In this document: positions 8,678 to 16,769 of the stretch, one piece after another
How positions within the stretch are numbered: position 1 is the stretch's first letter
How the letters are laid out: each line of letters begins with the position of its first letter
Assembly (NCBI GenBank): GCA_028719205.1
Contig: JAQUKH010000005.1
Location: 62,001 to 107,015 of the forward strand
Length of the DNA stretch: 45,015 nt
From: a bacterium
GTDB taxonomy: Bacteria; JACRDZ01; JAQUKH01
Direction of reading: 5' to 3'
Notes under the pieces: model-generated
The model's database searches: none
The model's input: the letters and a program-made list of their open reading frames with translations, nothing else
Told to the model about the DNA's origin: nothing
Translations under genes and position numbers: made by a program

Positions 8678-9101
8678 TTTGCCGGAAGGTAGATTTAAGG
8701 CTGTCTAGGTATCCCTGTAAGATCAAAACCGCGGATAATTGATCTACGAATTTTTTTCTATCTTTTCTTGAAACATCCCCGCCTATAAGAACATTATTTG
8801 ATTCTTTGGAAGTGAACATTTCATTCCATTCATAAACCGGTATTATTATTTTCCCTTTAATAAAAGCAATAAATTCTTTAACTTTAAGGGTTTGCGGAGT
8901 CTCCTCACCCTTAAGATTTTTCGGCAGGCCTATAACTATTCCGTCAACTAAATGTTCGTTTATTATCCTTTGCAATTCGGAAACCGCGTTGCTCCATGAA
9001 AGATTCTCAAGTGTCTTCAGTTTTCCCGCTATAATTCCCAGTTGATCAGAAATTGCCAGGCCAATCCTCTTTTCTCCGTAATCTATTCCTAAATAACGCA
9101 T
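8661..9101 (-). CDS. ruvX: RuvX/YqgF family nuclease (pre-16S rRNA processing)
   Basis: LGIDYGEKRIGLAISD, IVIGLP, VDQLSAVLILQGYLD. Confidence 0.95.
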   Translation of the reverse strand: MRYLGIDYGEKRIGLAISDQLGIIAGKLKTLENLSWSNAVSELQRIINEHLVDGIVIGLPKNLKGEETPQTLKVKEFIAFIKGKIIIPVYEWNEMFTSKESNNVLIGGDVSRKDRKKFVDQLSAVLILQGYLDSLKSTFRQNDDEN

Positions 9102-9120
9102 ATTTTTTGTATTAATTAAA

Positions 9121-9867
9121 TTAATTGGCTGTAATCGGGCCTTTTGAGCTCCCGGTTATAAATTGCTTGATTACGGGATCGGTTGTACTTTTTATCTCAT
9201 CCGGCGTCCCGTAAAAAATTACCTTTCCTTCATAAAGCATCGCTATCCTGTCGGCAATTTTGTAAGCGCTCCTCATATCATGGGTAACAGTTACTGACGT
9301 GACATTAAGGCTTCTATTGAGATCACTGATCAAGCTGTCGATCGCGTCTGCCATAATAGGATCCAAACCTGTCGTAGGTTCATCATAAAGCACTATTTCC
9401 GGATTTGTGGCGATAGCCCTTGCTAATCCGACTCTCTTTCTCATACCGCCGGATAATTCGGAAGGGCTCAATTTCTCAACCCCGGGTAATCCTACTAACT
9501 TTAATTTTTCAGCTACGATCTGGTCAATAAATTCCCTTGGATATTTTTTCTGTTCATTTAATCCGAAGGAAACATTTTCTCCCACGGATAAAGAATCAAA
9601 CAACGCCGCGCCCTGGAACAGCATGCCGAACTTTCGCCTGAAATTATTTAATTCCCGTTCTTTAAGGCCTGATATATCAACACCGTCAATAAGGATCTGC
9701 CCTTTATCAGACTTCATGATCCCGATTATCAATTTCAGCAAAATACTTTTTCCACAACCGCTTCTTCCAATAATTACTACGGATTCACCCTTTTTTATTT
9801 CCAGATTTACGCCGTTTAAAACTTTTTTTTCATCAAAATTCTTATAAGCTTCAGAGATCTTTATCAT
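9121..9867 (-). CDS. mlaF: ABC transporter ATP-binding protein, MlaF/Ttg2A family
   Basis: GRSGCGKS, GMLFQGAALFDSL, LSGGMRKRVGLARA, YDEPTTGLDPI, C-terminal DPVIKQFI. Confidence 0.88.
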   Translation of the reverse strand: MIKISEAYKNFDEKKVLNGVNLEIKKGESVVIIGRSGCGKSILLKLIIGIMKSDKGQILIDGVDISGLKERELNNFRRKFGMLFQGAALFDSLSVGENVSFGLNEQKKYPREFIDQIVAEKLKLVGLPGVEKLSPSELSGGMRKRVGLARAIATNPEIVLYDEPTTGLDPIMADAIDSLISDLNRSLNVTSVTVTHDMRSAYKIADRIAMLYEGKVIFYGTPDEIKSTTDPVIKQFITGSSKGPITAN

Positions 9868-10988
9868 ATATATTCCTTTTCAGCATTCATGCCAAACCGG
9901 CAGGTTATCTCATAATTGATTGTCCCGCTTTTTTTAGCTATTTCTTCAGCGGTAATTATCGCCCTGCCCTGCCTGCCCATAAGCACAACCTCTTCTCCCC
10001 GTTCAGGTTCTGCCTTACCAAGATTAACCAAAAGGCTATCCATACAGATCGTACCCGTCTGGGGATATTTTTTCCCTCTAAAAATAATTTCAGTTTTATT
10101 GGATAGAACCCGGCTGTATCCATGCGAATATCCTATCGGAAGCGTGGCAATAACCGCCTTCTTTGTCAGATGATATGTATGATTATAACTCAGGCCGCAT
10201 CCTGCTTTAACTTCCTTCGCAAAAATTATTCTCGACTTCAAACTCATAACCGGTTTCAGGGATATTTTTTTCGGATATTCTTTCGCATCATCAGGATAAA
10301 GGCCGTAAAGTATCACTCCCGGCCGCACTAAATTGAAATGCGAGTCAGGATAATTCAGTATACCGGCGCTATTAGCCATATGCCGGCAGGGAATATGAAT
10401 ACCCTTATTTTCAGACCCCTTAATTAAATTCTTAAATAATCTTAATTGTTTTTCTGAAAAATCATTATCGCTGTGCGCTTTAGCAAAATGTGAAAAAACA
10501 CCTTCAATTTTTAAGTTTTTAAGATTTTTAATTTTTTCAACAAATTCCCAAAAAGAATCTAATGAAACACCAAGCCGTCCCATTCCCGTGTCAACTTTTA
10601 TATGTACAGGATATGATTTATTTCTTTTTTTTGATATTTGATCTAATTTTTTCGCGAAATCCAGAGTTAAAACAGTCGGAGTAAGATGAAAATCAATAAT
10701 TTCCTGCGCCTCTTCAGGAAAAGACGGCTGTAAAAGAATAATGGACCCGGGTATCCCTGCCTGGCGAAGTTGTTTTCCTTCTTTTAAGTTAGCCACGGCA
10801 AACTTGCTTACTCCGTTATCAGCCAAAGTTTCAGCTATTTTTTCAGCTCCGTGCCCGTAAGCGTCTGCTTTAACAACAGCGCAGATTTCAACCTTTGGGG
10901 CGACTACTCTTCTCACTTCATTAAGATTATGAACTAACGCCGATAAATCAATCTCTACCCAGCTATATTCCATTTTGTTTATCATCAA
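9864..10988 (-). CDS. alr: Alanine racemase
   Basis: AVVKADAYGHG (PLP lysine), HIKVDTGMGRLG, HMANSAG, GTINYE. Confidence 0.97.
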   Translation of the reverse strand: MMINKMEYSWVEIDLSALVHNLNEVRRVVAPKVEICAVVKADAYGHGAEKIAETLADNGVSKFAVANLKEGKQLRQAGIPGSIILLQPSFPEEAQEIIDFHLTPTVLTLDFAKKLDQISKKRNKSYPVHIKVDTGMGRLGVSLDSFWEFVEKIKNLKNLKIEGVFSHFAKAHSDNDFSEKQLRLFKNLIKGSENKGIHIPCRHMANSAGILNYPDSHFNLVRPGVILYGLYPDDAKEYPKKISLKPVMSLKSRIIFAKEVKAGCGLSYNHTYHLTKKAVIATLPIGYSHGYSRVLSNKTEIIFRGKKYPQTGTICMDSLLVNLGKAEPERGEEVVLMGRQGRAIITAEEIAKKSGTINYEITCRFGMNAEKEYI

Positions 10989-12337
10989 CCATTCTCTTCC
11001 TGATGTGATAAATTTTCAAATTTAGTGTATTCTTTAATAAAAGTCAACTCCACGCTTCCAATAGGCCCGTTTCTTTGTTTACCTATTATTATTTCGGCAA
11101 TATTTTCAATTTCTGGAGAAGGTTCATCATCATAGTATTCTTTCCTGTAAATAAAAATAACAAGGTCGGCATCCTGTTCGATCGAACCAGATTCCCTTAG
11201 ATCCGACAACTGGGGTTTATGGTCAGTTCTTGACTCCACTGCACGGCTAAGCTGTGATAAAACCATTACAGGTACATTTAATTCTTTTGCTAATGCCTTT
11301 AAGGAACGGCAAATATTAGTAATTTCCTGCTGCCTGTTTTCTGTCCTTCTCGCGGACTGCATAAGTTGTAAATAATCCACAATGATCAAACCTACATTTT
11401 GAGTGCTCATTAACCGCCGGGCCTTGATCCTCATCTCTAATTCCGACATCATTGAACTGTCATCAATATATATAGGTGCCTCCGCCAATTTTCCGCCCGC
11501 GATCGTTAATTTCGGCCAATCAGAGTCCCTTATAAATCCGGAACGGACATCATGAGCATTGACCCTTGCCTCCGCACAAAGCAAACGCTGAACTAATTGT
11601 TCACGCGACATTTCAAGGCTGAAAATTGCTACAGGGATTTTTTGTTCCACAGCTATATTCTGCGCCATTGTTAAACATAAACTGGTTTTCCCCATTGACG
11701 GACGGCCGGCTACAATGATCAGATCTCCTTTGTGTAAACCGGCTGTTAACATGTCAAATTTTGGGAAACCTGTTGATACCCCGGTAACATACTCTTTCCG
11801 CTGATACATCTTTTCAATATTATCAAAGGTCCCTTTTAAAATATCTTTTACAGCAACAAAGCCCTGCTTCATTTTTTCTTTTGAAACATCTAAAATAAGG
11901 CGTTCTGCATTTTCTAATATTGAATCAGTTTCCTTTTCATCAGATAAGCTTTCAGACATTATATGCCCCGCGGCATTAATGAGTTCCCGAAGAGTTGATT
12001 TTTCCTTAACAATTTTAGAATGGTGTTCCACATTGGCAGTCGTATCAGTATTCTCTAAAATAGCGGTAAGCGCGGCCGCGCCGCCGATCTCCTCCAATAA
12101 ATTATTTTTACGCAGGTTCTCAGTTAAAGTTATCAGGTCAACAGGCTGATTTAGTTCATAGAGTTCAACAATGGCAGAAAAGATCTTACGGTGAGCGATC
12201 CGATAGAAATCATTTTCTTTTAAGATCTCTAATACTTTTCCCATAGCCTCAGGATCAAGTATCATCGATCCGATGACTGCCTGTTCCGCCTCATAATTTT
12301 GAGGAAGCTTTTCAAAATTCGCCTCGGAGGTTTTCAT
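10985..12337 (-). CDS. dnaB: Replicative DNA helicase
   Basis: AGRPSMGKT, IVDYLQLM, LSQLSR, DLRESGSIEQDAD, KQRNGPIG; no intein. Confidence 0.98.
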   Translation of the reverse strand: MKTSEANFEKLPQNYEAEQAVIGSMILDPEAMGKVLEILKENDFYRIAHRKIFSAIVELYELNQPVDLITLTENLRKNNLLEEIGGAAALTAILENTDTTANVEHHSKIVKEKSTLRELINAAGHIMSESLSDEKETDSILENAERLILDVSKEKMKQGFVAVKDILKGTFDNIEKMYQRKEYVTGVSTGFPKFDMLTAGLHKGDLIIVAGRPSMGKTSLCLTMAQNIAVEQKIPVAIFSLEMSREQLVQRLLCAEARVNAHDVRSGFIRDSDWPKLTIAGGKLAEAPIYIDDSSMMSELEMRIKARRLMSTQNVGLIIVDYLQLMQSARRTENRQQEITNICRSLKALAKELNVPVMVLSQLSRAVESRTDHKPQLSDLRESGSIEQDADLVIFIYRKEYYDDEPSPEIENIAEIIIGKQRNGPIGSVELTFIKEYTKFENLSHQEENG

Positions 12338-12479
12338 AAATTACATCCTTATAAAAATAACTTTTTAAAGAAATAGTATATCACAAATGTCAAGATTATT
12401 TTATCTCTAATTTAAACAAAACAAAAATATATTTAATAATTTATCCATTAATATCTGATATAATTAAAAAGGAGGCAGT

Positions 12480-13625
12480 GTGCGTTATTCTCCTTATATT
12501 ATTTTAATAACTGTTTTATATTGTTTAAATTTATTGTCTGCCGGCATAACCTGCGCGCAATCTTCAGATAATAGAAACTCATATGATAGTTCATCGCAAT
12601 ATGTTTTAAATATATTGACCGGAAAGGCCTGGGAAAGAGATAAAACAGATGAAGAAGATTTTATTGAAAATATTGAATTTGGACAGGGGTGGCTGTATTT
12701 CAAAGGTAAATATAGCGGAATTATCCGCAAGGATATTAACCAAATAGATATTAAAAATAACCGGTATATTAATTTCAATTTTGTAAACAGCGATTTTGAA
12801 AAAATTAATAAAAGCGATTATGGATCAAATGTATATAGCATTAATATTAAGCTCATCAATTCGGATGGCGAAATAGTTGTGGAAAAATATATAGAGTTTC
12901 CAAGCGATATTGAAGAAAATCTTGTTTCTGTCAACCTGCGTGAATTCTCCCATTTTATCAATACGAATACAATAATAAATAAATTTATTATTTCCAATCC
13001 TACATATCCGGGAAAATGGGGTTTTAAAGAGATAACTATTACTCAAAAACCCGCAGGTTCTTTGCTCCGGTATGACGGATATGGTTACGCGCCGGAAGAG
13101 AGTGAGGGAACATCATTGATACCCCAGCCTTTTATATCTAAAAATGTGATCGATCAATATAATAACCTTATTATGGAAGGAGATATTCATCCGAGAGAAG
13201 GAACTGTATATGATGATGATGGCGGAATTATTTCATTATTTGGATATGAAATGCCGGTTTCATCCGGCGGATGGCTGGATATTGTTATACCCGATGATCT
13301 TGTTATTAATATTAAAGAAAATCCCATAATGTCTCTGGATGTAAAAACAGAAGCAGATCTTTTTAATTTTAATATTATGGCCAGGAATACAGACGGAGAG
13401 CTCATTATCGGCGGCAATAATGACAATAAAGCGCTTGTTGAAATCCAAAACACGAAAAAGGAATGGGAAAATTATAAAATAAATCTTGGAGAAAAAATCT
13501 CGAATAAAATATCAAATACTAAGATCAAATCAATAAGGTTTTACGATCTGGAAGTAAAAACCAAAGGCGAAAAAATCAAAAATTATTATGAAATAAAATT
13601 ATCAGGTTTACATTTTGAAAAATAA
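12480..13625 (+). CDS. Exported hypothetical protein with two similar beta-rich (CBM-like) halves
   Basis: GGAGG SD, TGATATAAT upstream, signal peptide, own terminator. The halves share patterns (IDIKNNRYINFNF...INSDGEI / INIKENPIMSLDV...RNTDGEL). Confidence 0.8.
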   Translation: MRYSPYIILITVLYCLNLLSAGITCAQSSDNRNSYDSSSQYVLNILTGKAWERDKTDEEDFIENIEFGQGWLYFKGKYSGIIRKDINQIDIKNNRYINFNFVNSDFEKINKSDYGSNVYSINIKLINSDGEIVVEKYIEFPSDIEENLVSVNLREFSHFINTNTIINKFIISNPTYPGKWGFKEITITQKPAGSLLRYDGYGYAPEESEGTSLIPQPFISKNVIDQYNNLIMEGDIHPREGTVYDDDGGIISLFGYEMPVSSGGWLDIVIPDDLVINIKENPIMSLDVKTEADLFNFNIMARNTDGELIIGGNNDNKALVEIQNTKKEWENYKINLGEKISNKISNTKIKSIRFYDLEVKTKGEKIKNYYEIKLSGLHFEK

Positions 13626-13638
13626 CAGTTAAAAACAA

Positions 13639-13673
13639 ATAGGGAGAAGGCTGTATTTGCACCATCTCCCTAT
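13639..13673. terminator. Hairpin/terminator between convergent genes
   Basis: ATAGGGAGA...TCTCCCTAT stem with A-rich and T-rich flanks. Confidence 0.7.
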
Positions 13674-13699
13674 ATTTTATCTGATTTTTTCTTTAACTA

Positions 13700-14143
13700 T
13701 TATTCTTTTACAACTGAAACTTTAATATTGCAGACAACATCTTTATGAATTTTATATGGTAGAGTATGAACGCCCAGTGTTTTTAAAGGTTCATCCAGAT
13801 GGATGTCTCTTTTATCGATAACAACACCCTGCGCTTCTAAAGCCTCCTGTATATCAGCCGAAGTGACAGATCCGAATAATTTATCCTCTTCGCCGCATTT
13901 TCTGGTTATTGTTAAAGTTAAACTTTCTATTTTGCCGGCTAAAGTTTTCGCGTCTTCAACTTTTTGCTTGTCAAGTTTCTCGTAGCGGGCTTTTTCCGCT
14001 TCATAAACTTTAATGTTAGAAGGAGTTGCGACTAAAGCTAATTTTTTTGGTAATAAAAAATTCCTTGCATACCCTTCCTTAACCTCAAGGACTTTTCCTC
14101 TGTTGCCTAATTTTTCAACATCTTGTATAAGTATGACTTTCAT
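13700..14143 (-). CDS. rplI: 50S ribosomal protein L9
   Basis: MKVIL..DVEKLG, GYARNFLLPK, KLFGSVT. Confidence 0.98.
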   Translation of the reverse strand: MKVILIQDVEKLGNRGKVLEVKEGYARNFLLPKKLALVATPSNIKVYEAEKARYEKLDKQKVEDAKTLAGKIESLTLTITRKCGEEDKLFGSVTSADIQEALEAQGVVIDKRDIHLDEPLKTLGVHTLPYKIHKDVVCNIKVSVVKE

Positions 14144-14156
14144 TGATCCTCCTGAC

Positions 14157-14450
14157 CTATTCTGCTACAAATGGTAATATTGAGATATCTCTGGCCTTTT
14201 TTATTGCCGCTGTGATCTTACGTTGATGTACAGCGCAGCTGCCGGATATTCTTTTAGGAATAATTCTTCCTCTCTCAGACACAAAACTCCTAAGACGGTT
14301 TACGTCTTTATAATCTATTGTCCAATCCGGATTTGTACAAAATTTGCAAATTTTAGGCTTTACAATTATCTTAGCCTTCTTTAATTTCGCATTTTTTGCA
14401 TCTTTAGAATTTTTTGAATTTCTTGAATTTGTATTTCTTTCCATAAACAT
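14157..14450 (-). CDS. rpsR: 30S ribosomal protein S18 (zinc-binding type)
   Basis: CKFC, IDYKD, SERGRIIPKRISGSCAVHQR, AIKKAR. Confidence 0.97.
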   Translation of the reverse strand: MFMERNTNSRNSKNSKDAKNAKLKKAKIIVKPKICKFCTNPDWTIDYKDVNRLRSFVSERGRIIPKRISGSCAVHQRKITAAIKKARDISILPFVAE

Positions 14451-14468
14451 ATTAAAGCACCTCCCCGA

Positions 14469-14906
14469 TTAAAATGGCACATCTCCATCATTGTTTTTTA
14501 AATCATCCGTTTCTTCTTTAAAACTATCAGCAAAATCATTGTCGCTGGAAGCTGATTGCGGTAATTTTCCTAAAAATTCGATTTTATCGGCAACTACTTC
14601 AAGATTACTTCTCTTTTGCCCGTCTTCTGTTTCCCAAGACCTGCTCTGGAGCCGGCCCTCAACAAGTACAGGGCTTCCCATTTTAAGGTATTCTCCGCAA
14701 AGTTCAGCCAGTTTTCTCCATGCCACAATATTCACATAACAAACCTCTTCTTTTTTCTCTCCGGAGGTCGTTTTGTATAAACGATTAACCGCGATCCTGA
14801 AATTTACCACTGCTGTCCCGCTTGGCACAAAACGCAATTCAGGATCTCTGGTTAAACGCCCTATCAAAAAAACCCTGTTTAACGTTCCTAATCTTAAGTC
14901 GGCCAT
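14469..14906 (-). CDS. ssb: Single-stranded DNA-binding protein
   Basis: NRVFLIGRLTRDPELR, VEGRLQSRSW, acidic tail DVPF. Confidence 0.97.
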   Translation of the reverse strand: MADLRLGTLNRVFLIGRLTRDPELRFVPSGTAVVNFRIAVNRLYKTTSGEKKEEVCYVNIVAWRKLAELCGEYLKMGSPVLVEGRLQSRSWETEDGQKRSNLEVVADKIEFLGKLPQSASSDNDFADSFKEETDDLKNNDGDVPF

Positions 14907-14939
14907 TTTCTTCCCCTGTCTTACCGATATTATAATAAT

Positions 14940-15227
14940 TTATTCCACTTTTGTAACTAAATGTCTGATGATACTATCGTTCAATCTGAAATTCCTAACA
15001 AGCTCATCTAAAGTCTTTGCTTCACAGTTGATCTTCATAAAAACATAGTTTCCTTTACCTTCTTTTTCGATAATAAAAGATAATTTCCGCCTGCCCCACT
15101 TTTCAATAGTTTCAATTTTGCCGCCAGTGGAAATCACTATCTGCTGGAACTTGTTAATTATTTCTTCTGCCTCTTCATCTGTCTTGTTATGATTAATAAT
15201 ATAAATTACTTCATAATTTCTCAACAC
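14940..15227 (-). CDS. rpsF: 30S ribosomal protein S6
   Basis: RNYEVIYII, WGRRKLSFII, IIRHL; GGAGGTGA SD; canonical rpsF-ssb-rpsR-rplI order. Confidence 0.96.
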   Translation of the reverse strand: MLRNYEVIYIINHNKTDEEAEEIINKFQQIVISTGGKIETIEKWGRRKLSFIIEKEGKGNYVFMKINCEAKTLDELVRNFRLNDSIIRHLVTKVE

Positions 15228-15451
15228 CGATCACCTCCCTGAACTTTACAAAAATATTTTTTTATGTAAATCCATTTATTATTGAAAAAGACATATTATA
15301 TATAAAATTATTTCATTTAGCAAGAAATATTTTATTTTTTTTTAAATTAAAGTCTGTTTATTTTAAACCGATAATGTCTTAGAATTTAATTATTATATTA
15401 TTTAAAAAAAACATTGTAAAAAATTTAATATTAAAATATAATCTAAACAAA

Positions 15452-16252
15452 ATGAATACAAGAATAATTGCAATAGTTAACCAAAAAGGCGGCGTCGGTA
15501 AAACCACCTCCGCGGTAAATTTAAGTGCCGGGCTTGCGATGATGGGCCATAAGACTTTGCTTATTGATATAGATCATCAGTCAAATACCAGTTCAAGCTT
15601 AGGGGTTCGCCCATTAACCCAGGAAAATACCGTTTGCCAGCTTTTTACGGCCCCCGCGGAAACTTTTAATATCTCCACAATCATTCTGGAAACTATGGTG
15701 GATAATTTGTTTTTAATACCTTCGCACAGGAACCTGTCGTCGGTAGAATTAGACCTGCCGTATAAAACTAATATTGATAATAGAATTATGTTAAGAGACC
15801 GGATCTCAATTATCTCTAATAATTATGAATTTATTATTATTGACTGCCCGCCATCACTAAACCTTCTGGCAATTAACTGCCTTACCTGCGCTAAAGAAAT
15901 ATTGATCCCGATAAAAAGCGAGGATAAATTCTCATTGGACGGAATCGTCCAGCTGCATTCAGTTATATCCAGCATAAAACAAAATCTTAATCCCGATATT
16001 GAAATAATGGGATATTTACCTACATTTTACACCGCATCCACTAATCTGGCCAGAGAAATTCTTGACCAATTAAAAAAACAATTTGACAAACAAGTTTTTG
16101 AAACAGTTATTGGAAAACGGATCCATATCGCAGAAGCACCAATAGCACATCAACCGGTACAGTTATACGCCAAGGGATCATATGGGGCAAAGGCATATAA
16201 CGAACTGGCTAAGGAGGTAATTAACCGTGGCAAAGAAAAAATTATTAGCTGA
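15452..16252 (+). CDS. parA: ParA/Soj family ATPase
   Basis: Deviant Walker A NQKGGVGKTT, LLIDID, IIIDCPPSL, IAEAP. Confidence 0.92.
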   Translation: MNTRIIAIVNQKGGVGKTTSAVNLSAGLAMMGHKTLLIDIDHQSNTSSSLGVRPLTQENTVCQLFTAPAETFNISTIILETMVDNLFLIPSHRNLSSVELDLPYKTNIDNRIMLRDRISIISNNYEFIIIDCPPSLNLLAINCLTCAKEILIPIKSEDKFSLDGIVQLHSVISSIKQNLNPDIEIMGYLPTFYTASTNLAREILDQLKKQFDKQVFETVIGKRIHIAEAPIAHQPVQLYAKGSYGAKAYNELAKEVINRGKEKIIS

Positions 16253-16619
16253 TGATTATCTGGCTACCCAGCTTGCGATCTTAACCCCCTCTCCTAATAT
16301 TTCATCCACGCTTGTTCGAGGGCCTTTAGTAAGACACTTAATAATGAAAGAACATCTCGAGGAAGAGAAAAAAGCGGTTGAAATTATAACAATCGATATA
16401 AATCCGATAAAAAGAGAGATCGGCACGTTAGCTGTTAAATTTATGGGAAGAAAAGGCAAGCTCATTGAGGAAAAAATACAAAAAGCCAATACCCCCCGTG
16501 AAATTATGCAATCTCTCAAAGATATTGAAAAATTCGCGTCGATCTTTTTAAAAACAAGCATAGCCGAACAAATGCTGGAAGAAATGCATTGGACGGCAAA
16601 CCAATTTATCCAGCCATAA
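16227..16619 (+). CDS. Hypothetical protein overlapping the parA stop (putative ParA partner)
   Basis: AAGGAGG SD, GTG start inside the end of parA; 130 aa, basic N-terminus, helical C-terminal half; no ParB GERR motif. Confidence 0.8.
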   Translation: MAKKKLLADDYLATQLAILTPSPNISSTLVRGPLVRHLIMKEHLEEEKKAVEIITIDINPIKREIGTLAVKFMGRKGKLIEEKIQKANTPREIMQSLKDIEKFASIFLKTSIAEQMLEEMHWTANQFIQP

Positions 16620-16699
16620 ACAAGACTTAAGCGGAAGGTTCTGACTGAAAGTCAGGTTCTTTCCGCTTCTAGTTCTTGTTATCCTCGAAGGGGATAAAC
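16616..16699 (+). mobile_element. 78-bp structured repeat, copy A (attC-like mini-element)
   Basis: 16617-16698 matches the reverse complement of 36274-36355 at 70/82 positions without gaps; ATAAAC direct repeats at 16616 and 16694; two hairpins. Repeat is seen directly, mobility is inferred. Confidence 0.75.
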
Positions 16700-16769
16700 C
16701 TGAGTAAAAAAATAATTTACTTTACTCCTATCCTGTGTTATCATAACTAATATTTTTTTTGAGGATAGA

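Noticed and set aside
15228-15451. S6:S18 leader RNA, parS or oriC in the rpsF-parA gap
   Set aside because: Only a weak TTTACA/TGTAAA stem; I saw no leader C-rich motif, parS palindrome or DnaA-box cluster.
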